A stretch of 64,000 nt of DNA from Spirochaetia bacterium (GTDB taxonomy: Bacteria > Spirochaetota > Spirochaetia > SZUA-6 > Bin103), in the NCBI GenBank assembly GCA_965203055.1, contig OZ241863.1:2592001-2656000 (forward strand). The letters run 5' to 3'. Position 1 is the first letter of the stretch; each line of letters starts with the position of its first letter. Below, piece after piece: positions 18,543-27,837 of this stretch. Made by a program: the position numbers and the translations under genes. The notes beneath the pieces are model-generated. The model was given only the letters and a program-made list of their open reading frames with translations, did not search any database and was not told the DNA's origin.

Positions 18543-19865
18543 CTACGGCCGGTACTCTACCAGGGCGGAGCGGCCGGTGACGTCGACGATGCGAACCCGC
18601 CGTTCCCGGCCGGCGGCGTCTGCAAGACGCAGTTCTTCGCCCGGAATGAACGGCACCGGCTGCGGTTGGCCGTCGTTGATGGCGATGTTCGACGCCGAGA
18701 CGAAGGTGCGGGCGCGGGCGTCGCGGACGGCATGCAACGTTCCGGTCAGCCCGGGCACGGAACCGGCGGCTTCCGGGAAGATGACCGAGCCGCCGTCCGG
18801 CAAGGCGGTGAGTTCGACCGCGAGCGCGCGCCGGCACGGCGTCCACTCCTGTTCCACGTGCGCGGCGTGGCCCGCCGCGGCGGCGTATACCGTCAGCGGC
18901 AGTTCGGTGGTGTGCAGGGCCGCCGCGGCGATGCCGGCGGCGTCGGCAGTGGCCCGCTGCCAAGTGCGGTTGGGGAACAGGATCAGCAGGTCGCTGCCGG
19001 GCAGGGGGCGCCCGGCAGCGCGCACCGCGATCCGCACCTGCGCCGGACTCGGCGTCGTGGGAGCGGAGGGGAGCACGACCAGCACCTCGGCGTCGGCGAT
19101 GACGCGGAACTGCGCCGGCTTGCCGCTCACGCTCCTGGTTTCGTTCAGGATCACCGGGACGCCGTCGCCGCGCCGTTCCATGAAGTAGCGCCGCTCCCCG
19201 CTGCCCCGCGTGTCGCCGGCCGGCATTCGGCCCAGCATGGAAGCCAGCACTTCGTTGCGCGTGGCCTGCCGATCGGCGATGTTCTCGACCGTCAAGCTGT
19301 TCGGCAGCGTGCCCGGCGACTGGATTTCCAGCCGGTCCGAGAACAACGACAGGCGGATGCGGCTGCCGCGGATGGAGTACAGGTCGCGGTGCGCCACCGC
19401 GTTGACCACGGCCTCGAAGATGGCGCGCTCGCTGTATTGGGGCAGATCGATGCGCGCCGGGTCATTGTGCGCCGCCACCTGCATGTTGCGCACGGCGAAG
19501 GCCACGGCGTCGGCGATCTGGCGGTTCAGCGGCCCGCCGATGGTCTGCGCGTCGACCTGCCCGGACGCGCGGTCGGCGCCGCGGTAGCGGGTAGCGGTGA
19601 TGCAGGCGTTGGGGAGCCACTGCTCCGGGGCGCGGCTGCACAACAGGATGCCGGCCACGGTCGCCCGCCGCGGGCCGTCCGCGGTGTCGGTCAACAGCCC
19701 CAACTTGGCGAGGGCGAGGTCGGGAGCGGCAGCGCCCTGAGCGCTCACCAGCGGTTTCCACAGCGCCTCATCCAGCGACCCGAAGCCGGTTTCCGGAACC
19801 GGCTGCTCGTCGAACCACAGGCCCAACCGCAACCGGCGCCGGATCACCTCTTCGCTCAACTCCAC
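18543..19865 (-). CDS. HATPase_c_4/RecG-C-like ATP-binding protein, apparently lacking its N-terminal AlbA_2 (Schlafen) domain
   Basis: EAVVNAVAHRD, DRLEIQSPGTLP, RNEVLA, MERRGDGV; very short N-terminus RRRLRLG joined to LWFDEQPVP. Confidence 0.7.
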   Translation of the reverse strand: MELSEEVIRRRLRLGLWFDEQPVPETGFGSLDEALWKPLVSAQGAAAPDLALAKLGLLTDTADGPRRATVAGILLCSRAPEQWLPNACITATRYRGADRASGQVDAQTIGGPLNRQIADAVAFAVRNMQVAAHNDPARIDLPQYSERAIFEAVVNAVAHRDLYSIRGSRIRLSLFSDRLEIQSPGTLPNSLTVENIADRQATRNEVLASMLGRMPAGDTRGSGERRYFMERRGDGVPVILNETRSVSGKPAQFRVIADAEVLVVLPSAPTTPSPAQVRIAVRAAGRPLPGSDLLILFPNRTWQRATADAAGIAAAALHTTELPLTVYAAAAGHAAHVEQEWTPCRRALAVELTALPDGGSVIFPEAAGSVPGLTGTLHAVRDARARTFVSASNIAINDGQPQPVPFIPGEELRLADAAGRERRVRIVDVTGRSALVEYRP

Positions 19866-20048
19866 CGTGCCACGCCGTTCCGCCGCCGGCAGTCTATCCT
19901 GCCGATGCGGTCGCGGTCCCGCGGGTTCTCAGCAGGTCGCCGCACCCGTCAGGTTCGCCCGCCTCCTATGGCGAGCTTGACAGCACGGGCTCGTACTACT
20001 ACGGTAACATAAATGGTGGTGCCTGCGATCGCATCGACGACGCGGGAG

Positions 20049-20057
20049 TGATATACT
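20049..20057 (+). promoter_or_regulatory. Putative extended -10 promoter (TGaTATACT) for the parA-like gene
   Basis: TG-N-TATACT about 20 nt before ATG 20079; a TTGACA-N17-TACGGT also lies at 19977-20005. Confidence 0.35.
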
Positions 20058-20078
20058 GATCCGAAGGAACACTGAACG

Positions 20079-20969
20079 ATGGCGACTACAGTAGGTTTCG
20101 CGAGCGAAAAAGGAGGAGTCGGGAAGACTACGATCTGCTATCACATAGCGATTGCGCTGAGCCGATTTCACGACAAGAAAGTGTTGGTGGTAGACGATGA
20201 TTATCAACGAGGCGGAATCACCGGAAGGTTTGTCGAGACTCTGATAGAGCAGTTTCGTAAGGAAAGAATCTAAGAACCGACATTGTTCTCCAAGTTCTTG
20301 CAGTTGTACAGTGGGAGCGATCTCACGTCGGACATCAACATCGTGACTACTGATATACCGGGTATCAAGCTCGTTCCGGCCGATCCTCGTTTGTCATCCG
20401 TTACCGTCGAGAAGATGCCAACGACGAACAACATCACGGAGAATATGCGTAGCCTATGGCGTCACTTGTCTCTCCTGGACACGGTACTCAGGCCAGTTCA
20501 AGGGGAGTTCGACTACATTCTCATAGACTCTCATCCGGACATCAATGATCTTATTCGTACGATCATTTACGTCTGTGACTTCGTCTGCTCACCGGTAAAG
20601 CTCGACCGTCAATCGACTGTTGGCGTTCCCTCGGCTATCGAAGCGATCGAGAACGTCAACGCCGACATGAAACTTGTCGGAAACGCAATGCGCGAGCAAG
20701 TAGACTACAATCCTACAAGGTATGCGGGGGCGATTGCTACCCAAGCTCGTGAATGGGGTGGGATGCTGAAGTGGTCCGAGAGAGGTGAATATCGACGTAT
20801 TGGTCGGCAGGGGTATGTCTTCGAGGCTTACGTTACGGAAGGAGATGGTTTGCGGAAAGCCGCGCGCGAACGGTGTCCGGTCTTCAACATAGGAGGCCAG
20901 AATGCCGCCAAGCAATCCGATCAGCTGCGCCGTCTCACCAGGGAGTTTCTGAAGCAATGTCCAACGTGA
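20079..20969 (+). pseudogene. ParA/Soj-family ATPase interrupted by one in-frame TAA (20271-20273)
   Basis: SEKGGVGKTT deviant Walker A in the first part, FDYILIDSHP in the second; both ORFs are in the same frame (KERI*EPTLFSKF). Confidence 0.75.
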
Positions 20970-21385
20970 GACAAGACTTAGACGTTCGCCTCCTTACGCG
21001 CTGGCTGGGCGCTGCCGGAGCAAAGGCGGGATTATTGGAAAGTCGGCAATGGACGGTCGAAGCGCTTGCCGAGATGGCTCGCAATCTTGGGATCGAAGTC
21101 GCAAAGAGAGTGACCCGCCAGGAGTTGATCGACGAGATTGTCCGCGTTGCGAACAGGCGAATCGACAAATCGATCGACGAGCTCTTCGAAATGGAGCGAG
21201 ACGAGATCGTTCGTTACTTCGACGAGAACGGAGTGGAGACCGAGGAGCTTCTTGATCTACTGGAGGAGCTTGACCTTCGTCCCGACCGTAAGGGACGGAA
21301 GAACGTGATCAACTTCGCGGCCCGAGAGCTGGCCGAGACCGGACGGTTTCGGCGCATCGCCACAGCGAAGGCGGGGCCACGTTAA
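20957..21385 (+). CDS. Hypothetical charged helical protein coupled to the ParA-like gene
   Basis: ATG 20957 overlaps the parA end; coding-like composition. Confidence 0.65.
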   Translation: MSNVRQDLDVRLLTRWLGAAGAKAGLLESRQWTVEALAEMARNLGIEVAKRVTRQELIDEIVRVANRRIDKSIDELFEMERDEIVRYFDENGVETEELLDLLEELDLRPDRKGRKNVINFAARELAETGRFRRIATAKAGPR

Positions 21386-21429
21386 GCCAGTCGCTGACGT
21401 CATTTACAGAATCGCGCAATCTTATTTCC

Positions 21430-24400
21430 ATGAACCAACCCGCTGACGTGCGCTCCCGGCTGCGGGAGGCGCTGGGGCTTGATCTGATCGGCCCGGGGAC
21501 CGGCGATGCCCTGGCGGACGAGCGCCTGCCGGGGTGGGTGCGGCCGTCCAACTGGTATCTCACCGGCTTTCTGGCGCCGCGCGGCGCGCCGGCCGAGCAG
21601 CGCGCGGACGACGACGCGGACGACGACTTCGAACCGGAAGTCGCCGGCGAGGCGGGGCTTGGCGACGACTCCACCGAAGACCGCCGGGCGGCCAAGAAGG
21701 GCTTCTTCCCATCGTCGATCGGCTTGAGCTTTCTGGTCGCCGAGGGCGTTGGCGAGCTGGACGTGACCGTCCGCTGGGGAGACTACCGGCACGTCGAGGA
21801 TGAAGCCGGGAACGGCGATTCACCGAACGGCGAGCCGTCCGGCGCCGCGGCGAGCGCCGGCGCCGATGCCGACGCGGAAGCAGGCCGGGACGGCCCCTCA
21901 ACCTGGTGGCAACGCGCGCCGCGCCAAGAAGCCGTCCGGGTGGCGCTGCCGGCGGCCGGCCGCCAGCGCCACGTGGTGCCGGGCTCGCGCGGACTGATCC
22001 TGCACGCGGTCGCCCGGCCCGTGAACGCCGCCCGCTTCGCGGACCGGATTCCGCCGGGGACGCGCTCGGTGTCGCTGTTTCTGGTGAACGAACGGCCCCC
22101 GGCGGGCGACCGCGGCGACGAAGCGTTCGCCTTTCAGGCTGCGCTGGAGGTGCGCGGCTCGGTGCCGTTCGTCCCCCGGCCCGACCCGCGCGGCGGCTCC
22201 GGCGACGATCGGGACGCGCGCGTGGCCGACCTCCATTACGCCGGCACGCCGGAGTACGCCGCCGGCCACGGCGTCGCCGCCGACTGGGAGTTGACCGGCG
22301 GCGCCTGCCGCCTGCTGCGCACGGCCTGGATTCCGGCGGCTGAAGTCGAGAAGACCGAGACGGTCGAGGTGCCGGGGGTGGAGCTCGTCATGTCCGCCCT
22401 TGGCGGTCTGCCCGACGGGGCCGCCGCGGAACGGGCGTTGACCCCGCTGGTCACCGGCTACCGCGCCTGGATCGACGAGCGGGAGGCCGCGCTGACCGGC
22501 CTCGCCGGGGAACGCCGCGCCACCGCCGAGGAGCTGCTGTTCCTCGCGCGCGCCGCCGCCGACCGCATCGAGCGGGGCATTCGCGCGCTCGCCGGGGATG
22601 CGGACGCGCTCGACGCCTTCCGTGTGGCCAACCGCGCCGTGGACAAGGCGCTCGCGCGGCGCCTGGACCGTGAAGGGGTCACCGGGCCGCCCCGCTGGCG
22701 CGCCTTCCAGCTCGCCTTCCTGCTGCTGAACGTCCCCGGCCTGGCGGACCCGGCCAGCCCCGAACGGGAGTTCGTCGACCTGCTGTTCTTCCCGACCGGC
22801 GGCGGCAAGACCGAGGCGTATCTCGGGCTCGCCGCGTTCGCCATGGTGCTGCGGCGGCTGCGCAATCCGCAGGACGGCGGCCGGGCCGGGGCCGGCGTCA
22901 GCGTCATCATGCGCTACACCTTGCGGCTGCTGACGCTCGATCAGCTCGGGCGCGCGGCCGGCCTGGTGTGCGCGCTGGAACTGGAACGGCGCGCGGCCCC
23001 CGGCCGGTACGGCGAGTGGCCGTTCGAGATCGGCCTGTGGGTCGGCAAGGCGGGCACCCCGAACCGGCTCGGCCAAAAGGGAGACGGACGCCCCGACTCG
23101 GCGCGCAGCAAGGTCAGCCAGTACAAGAGCAACCCGCAGGGCAAGCCGGCTCCCATCCCGCTGGAGAACTGCCCGTGGTGCGGGGAGGCGTTCACGCCGG
23201 ATTCCTTCACCCTGCTGCCCGACTCCAACCGTCCCACCGAACTGCGCATCGTCTGCATCAACTGGGAGTGCGACTTCACGGGCGACGCGCCGCTGCCGAT
23301 CGTCGCCGTGGACGAGCCGCTGTACCGGCGCCTGCCGGCCTTTCTGATCGCCACCGTGGACAAGTTCGCCTCGCTGCCGTGGGTCGGCGAGTCCGGCGCG
23401 CTCCTCGGCGGCGCGGACCGCCATGACCGCATCGGGTTCTACGGCGCCGCCGAACCCCGCCGCGGGCGGCCGCTGAGCGGTCCGCTGCTGCCGCCGGACC
23501 TCGTCATCCAGGACGAGTTGCACCTGATCTCCGGCCCGCTCGGCACCATGGCCGGCCTCTACGAGGCGGCGTTCGAAGCGCTGTGCGCGCGCCCGATCGA
23601 CGGCCGCCCGTTGAAGCCGAAGATCGTCGCCTCGACCGCCACCGTCCGCCACGCGGACCAGCAGATTCAGGGTCTCTTCGGCCGGCAGACCACGCACGTC
23701 TTCCCGCCGCCGGGACCGGAGCGGGGCGACTCCTTCTTCGCCCGCACCATGCCCGCCGCGCAACGAAACGCGCGCGAGTACGCCGGCATCGCCGCCCAGG
23801 GCCGCAACCCGAAGGAGGCGATGCGCCGGGTCCTGCTGGCGCTGATGGGCGCGGCCGAGCGCGCGTGGCGCGACGCCGGCGGCCCCCGCAACCGGAACAA
23901 TCCGGCCGATCCCTACATGACCGTGCTCGGCTACTTCAACAGCCTGCGCGAGCTGGGCGGCGCCCGGCGCATCCTGGAAGAGGAAGTGCAGAACACGCTC
24001 AAGCGCTACGGCGACCGCCGGCGGCTCGGCGAAGCGCCGGGACAGGGACTGTTCCGCGACCGCGCCAGCTTCTCCGACGTGGTGGAGCTGACCTCGCGGG
24101 TGAGCACCGACCGCGTGGCCGAGGCGCGGCGGCGGCTGCAGACGACCTTCCACGACCGCAAGCAGCGGGTCGACTGCGCGATCGCGACCAACATGATCTC
24201 GGTCGGCCTCGACATACAACGGCTTGGGTTGATGCTGGTCTACGGGCAGCCGAAGACCAACTCGGAATACATCCAGGCAACCAGCCGAGTGGGCCGGGAC
24301 GATCGTCGCCCCGGATTGGTGGTGACGCTCTACAACGTCCACCGCCCGCGCGACCGGTCGCACTACGAGCGCTTCCGGCACTATCACGAGACCTTCTACC

Positions 24401-24915
24401 GCTCGGTGGAGGTCGCCAGCGTGACCCCCTTCGCCGCCCGCGCCCTGGACCGCGGCTTTGCCGGCGCGTTGGTGGCGCTCGCCCGCCACGCCCGCCCGTC
24501 CATGACGCCGCCGGCCGGGGTCGAAGCAATCGAGTCCGAACGCGCGGCGCTCGAACGGCTGCTGCTCGACGTCTTTCACTCCCGCATCGACGAGCAGCCG
24601 ATGCAGGACGAAGCCGAACGGGCCGAACGGCGGCGCAGCATCCGCAACCGCGTCGGCGAGCTGCTCGACTCCTGGCTCACGATCCTCGGCGACTACCGCA
24701 GCGGCGGCGTCCTGATGCAGTACCAGAAATACGAAGAGCCGCGCCGAAGGCCGCTCCTGCGCGAGATGCTGGACACCGACTTCGAGTCGGACCACCACCG
24801 GAAGTTCCGCGCCAACCGCTCGTTGCGCGACGTAGAACCGCAGGTGAACCTGTACCTGCAGGAACTGTCCAGCCGGATCACCGGACGCAACACGCCCAGG
24901 AGCTCGGACCAATGA
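21430..24915 (+). CDS. drmA: DISARM helicase DrmA
   Basis: PSNWYLTGFL, FFPTGGGKTEAY, MRYTLRLLT, IQDELHLISGPLG, ATNMISVGLD, QATSRVGR, RDRSHYE. Confidence 0.92.
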   Translation: MNQPADVRSRLREALGLDLIGPGTGDALADERLPGWVRPSNWYLTGFLAPRGAPAEQRADDDADDDFEPEVAGEAGLGDDSTEDRRAAKKGFFPSSIGLSFLVAEGVGELDVTVRWGDYRHVEDEAGNGDSPNGEPSGAAASAGADADAEAGRDGPSTWWQRAPRQEAVRVALPAAGRQRHVVPGSRGLILHAVARPVNAARFADRIPPGTRSVSLFLVNERPPAGDRGDEAFAFQAALEVRGSVPFVPRPDPRGGSGDDRDARVADLHYAGTPEYAAGHGVAADWELTGGACRLLRTAWIPAAEVEKTETVEVPGVELVMSALGGLPDGAAAERALTPLVTGYRAWIDEREAALTGLAGERRATAEELLFLARAAADRIERGIRALAGDADALDAFRVANRAVDKALARRLDREGVTGPPRWRAFQLAFLLLNVPGLADPASPEREFVDLLFFPTGGGKTEAYLGLAAFAMVLRRLRNPQDGGRAGAGVSVIMRYTLRLLTLDQLGRAAGLVCALELERRAAPGRYGEWPFEIGLWVGKAGTPNRLGQKGDGRPDSARSKVSQYKSNPQGKPAPIPLENCPWCGEAFTPDSFTLLPDSNRPTELRIVCINWECDFTGDAPLPIVAVDEPLYRRLPAFLIATVDKFASLPWVGESGALLGGADRHDRIGFYGAAEPRRGRPLSGPLLPPDLVIQDELHLISGPLGTMAGLYEAAFEALCARPIDGRPLKPKIVASTATVRHADQQIQGLFGRQTTHVFPPPGPERGDSFFARTMPAAQRNAREYAGIAAQGRNPKEAMRRVLLALMGAAERAWRDAGGPRNRNNPADPYMTVLGYFNSLRELGGARRILEEEVQNTLKRYGDRRRLGEAPGQGLFRDRASFSDVVELTSRVSTDRVAEARRRLQTTFHDRKQRVDCAIATNMISVGLDIQRLGLMLVYGQPKTNSEYIQATSRVGRDDRRPGLVVTLYNVHRPRDRSHYERFRHYHETFYRSVEVASVTPFAARALDRGFAGALVALARHARPSMTPPAGVEAIESERAALERLLLDVFHSRIDEQPMQDEAERAERRRSIRNRVGELLDSWLTILGDYRSGGVLMQYQKYEEPRRRPLLREMLDTDFESDHHRKFRANRSLRDVEPQVNLYLQELSSRITGRNTPRSSDQ

Positions 24916-26051
24916 TGCTGTTGCGCCTCAAGGCGAAGAACTATCGCAGTCTGCGCGACGTGAGCATCGACCTGGAGGACTTCAACGTGTTCATCGGCGC
25001 CAACGCGTCCGGCAAGAGCACCATACTCGACGCGCTTCGCTTTCTTCATGAAGGAGTGCATGCGCGTGACTTCGAGGGGGCGGTGTTTTCGAGAGGCGGC
25101 ATCCTCAATCTTGCTTGGAAGGGTGAGGAAGCCCATCAGATCGACTTGACGGTGACCCTCCTGGACGATGGAGAGCGAATCGAATGGTCGGTTCAGATCA
25201 CCAGGCAAGGTTTTCAGTTCCACGTAGCGGAGCGCGTTGAGCGGTTCCCCCCGCAGTCCCCACCGTCGGTACTGTTGGAGGCTGATCACGGCGACGGTTG
25301 GTGGTGGTCCGGCAACACCAATGAACGAGTCGAGATGAAGCAGTCGTCGACCGCTTGCGCGCTGGCGGCAGCTTCCGCGGATGCGAACTTTCCCGCGCGT
25401 GAAATTGCGGATTTCGTACGCCGATGGGGATTCTTCGATCCGAATCCGTTCCTGCTCCGCCGCGACTGGAGCAGCTTGGAGTCGAGCCGATTCGATCACT
25501 ACGGACGCAACTTGGCCGAGACACTCCACGCCCTGGCCCCCGACGTCAGAGAGCGGATCCGGCTGGCGACTCATGATATCGTCGGTCTTCCGACAGAGAT
25601 CGATACGCGTGAGACCGAAGATCGCTTCTACTTCGTGCAATGGGAGGAGGACCTGGAGTTTTCCGTACATCAAATGGGAGTATCCAGCGGCACGTTGCGT
25701 ATGCTGGCGCTGATGACGGCGCTTCACGGAGAACCGGGAGCCAACCTGTTGGGCATCGAGGAGCCGGAGAACTACGTCCATCCGAACGCATTGTCCGCCT
25801 TCGTCGATTATCTGCGTGACGCGCGCGAGCGAGTGCAGTTCATGGTGACCACCCATTCCCCGTTGCTGCTCGACCTGTTGGACGATCCGGCAGTTGTGTG
25901 CGTCGTTCAACGCCAGGGTGAGCAAGGGACGGCGGTGAGCCGGCAGAGCAACTCCGACGGCATCCGCAGGGCGCTGGCTGAATCGGGCTTCAGCCTCGGA
26001 GAATACTACCAGACAAGAGGCTTCGGAGCGGGAGCGGCTCATGATCGGTAA
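24912..26051 (+). CDS. ABC/AAA_21-type ATPase inserted between drmA and drmB
   Basis: KNYRSL, GANASGKST, VSSGTLR, IEEPENYVHP, VTTHSP; ATGA overlap with drmA and 11-nt overlap with drmB. Confidence 0.88.
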   Translation: MMLLRLKAKNYRSLRDVSIDLEDFNVFIGANASGKSTILDALRFLHEGVHARDFEGAVFSRGGILNLAWKGEEAHQIDLTVTLLDDGERIEWSVQITRQGFQFHVAERVERFPPQSPPSVLLEADHGDGWWWSGNTNERVEMKQSSTACALAAASADANFPAREIADFVRRWGFFDPNPFLLRRDWSSLESSRFDHYGRNLAETLHALAPDVRERIRLATHDIVGLPTEIDTRETEDRFYFVQWEEDLEFSVHQMGVSSGTLRMLALMTALHGEPGANLLGIEEPENYVHPNALSAFVDYLRDARERVQFMVTTHSPLLLDLLDDPAVVCVVQRQGEQGTAVSRQSNSDGIRRALAESGFSLGEYYQTRGFGAGAAHDR

Positions 26052-27837
26052 GGCGGACGGGCAGTTGCGCCGCAGCCAGGTGATTACGACGTTCGGGCCG
26101 GGAGCGCTGATCGATCTGCCGGACGACTCGGCGATCGTGGGCGGGCTCGACACCTGGGGCAACGAGTCCGACCTGGAACCGATCGAGGAGCCGCGCCTCG
26201 CGGCCAAGCTCGCGGACATGACCGGCGTAGCCGCGCCGCGGCTGTATGCGCCGCCGCCGGAGCCGGAACATCCGCAGGACCGCCGGCGCGGCATCGGCGG
26301 GTGGCGGTTTCCCGAGTGGTTCGTGGTGCAGGAGAACCCCCGTGACGGAGCGCCGCCCAGCTCGCGTTCGCGGCGCTTGGTGCACCGGACCGCGCTCGAC
26401 CGCGGCAGGTTCGACCGGCGGCCGGTGGTGGCGACACGGTTCGTGCGGGCGTGCGCCCGCGGCCACGTCGACGACATCGGCTGGCATCGCTTCGTCCACG
26501 GCCCGGACGACCCGTGCCGCGGGCAGCTCTGGCTCGACGAACGCGGCACCAGCGGCGATCTGGTCGAACAGATCGTGCGCTGCGAGTGCGGCAAGGCGCG
26601 GCGTATGCACGAGGCAGCGGACGTAGCGACCCGCGCCCTCGGCGCCTGCAGCGGCGCCCGGCCCTGGCTGGGCCGCCACGCCAACGAGCAGTGCGACCAG
26701 CCGAGCCGGCTGCTGATCCGCACCGCGTCCAACGCCTGGTTTCCGCAGGTGCTCAGCGTGCTCTCGCTGCCCGACCGCGGCACCGACGTCGAGCGGGCGG
26801 TCGACGAGCTCTGGCAGCACCTGCAGATCGTCGCCGACGCGGCGGATCTCGGCATCGTGAAGCGATACCCCGGCGTGGCCCACCGCCTAGCGGCGTTCTC
26901 TGACGGCGAAGTGCTCGCCGCGATCGCCGCCCGGCGTTCCGGCGGCGCGGGCGGCGATCGCCCCATCAAGCACGTCGAACTTGATGCGCTCCTTGCCGCC
27001 CCCGAGGGGTTCGGCGACGACGTGCCGGTCGATCATGACTTCCATGCCCGGCGCCTGCCGGCGTCGGCGTGGCGCGGGCCTCCGCATTGCGCCGGGATCG
27101 AGGCGGTCATCCAGGTGCACCGGCTCCGGGAGGTGCTGGCGCTGGCCGGGTTCACCCGCCTGGAACCGGTGATGCCCAAGGTGGACGGGGAGTACGAGTC
27201 GGAGGTCGAACGGGCCGACATCGCCCTGGAACCGCAGTGGTTCCCGGCAGTGGAGAATCGCGGGGAGGGCATCTTCATTCAGCTCCAGGCCGGCGCGGTG
27301 AAGGATTGGCTCGGCCGGCAGGCGGTGCAGGAGCGATTGGACCAACTGATCGACGGACACGCCGCCTGGGCGCGCGGGCGCGCCAGCGAGCGGCCCTATC
27401 CCGGCGGCCCGTACGTGCTGTTGCACACGCTCGCCCACCTGCTCATCCAGTCCCTTTCCATGCACTGCGGATATCCCGCCGCCGCGATCCGGGAACGCAT
27501 CTACGCGGACGACGCCGGCGAGCGCTACGCCCTGCTGCTGTATACCGCGAGCCCCGACGCCGAGGGCACGCTGGGCGGTCTGGTGCAGGAAGCGCGCCGC
27601 GTGGACTACCATCTGGAATCCGCGCTGGAGTCGGCGGCGCTCTGCTCCAACGATCCGGTGTGCGCCGAGCACCTGCCGGGACAGAGCATGGAGGAACGCT
27701 GGCTGCACGGGGCGGCGTGCCATGGCTGCGCGCTGATCGCGGAGACCTCGTGCGAGATGCGCAACGAGTACCTGGACCGCGCGCTGGTGGCGCCGGCGCT
27801 GGGCGCCGCCGGGGCCGCGTTCTTCGGCGCCGCGTGA
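26041..27837 (+). CDS. drmB: DISARM DUF1998 protein DrmB
   Basis: RRSQVITTFGPGALIDLP, LHTLAHLLI, GTLGGL, CSNDPVC, ACHGC, SCEMRNEYLDR. Confidence 0.92.
   Translation: MIGKADGQLRRSQVITTFGPGALIDLPDDSAIVGGLDTWGNESDLEPIEEPRLAAKLADMTGVAAPRLYAPPPEPEHPQDRRRGIGGWRFPEWFVVQENPRDGAPPSSRSRRLVHRTALDRGRFDRRPVVATRFVRACARGHVDDIGWHRFVHGPDDPCRGQLWLDERGTSGDLVEQIVRCECGKARRMHEAADVATRALGACSGARPWLGRHANEQCDQPSRLLIRTASNAWFPQVLSVLSLPDRGTDVERAVDELWQHLQIVADAADLGIVKRYPGVAHRLAAFSDGEVLAAIAARRSGGAGGDRPIKHVELDALLAAPEGFGDDVPVDHDFHARRLPASAWRGPPHCAGIEAVIQVHRLREVLALAGFTRLEPVMPKVDGEYESEVERADIALEPQWFPAVENRGEGIFIQLQAGAVKDWLGRQAVQERLDQLIDGHAAWARGRASERPYPGGPYVLLHTLAHLLIQSLSMHCGYPAAAIRERIYADDAGERYALLLYTASPDAEGTLGGLVQEARRVDYHLESALESAALCSNDPVCAEHLPGQSMEERWLHGAACHGCALIAETSCEMRNEYLDRALVAPALGAAGAAFFGAA

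Noticed and set aside
6684..21429. Integron-like cassette array explanation for the cargo
   Set aside because: No recurring attC-like palindromes in the intergenic gaps, and some cargo genes are on the opposite strand
23583..24911. Long N-terminal extension of the ATPase ORF overlapping drmA
   Set aside because: Low-complexity Arg/Pro/Ala shadow frame; real start is the ATGA overlap at 24912
21898..24912. Very long antisense or alternate-frame ORFs (also 3366-5339, 7644-9533, 24693-26969, 32240-34954, 59379-61262)
   Set aside because: Shadows of real genes in very GC-rich DNA; no recognisable motifs
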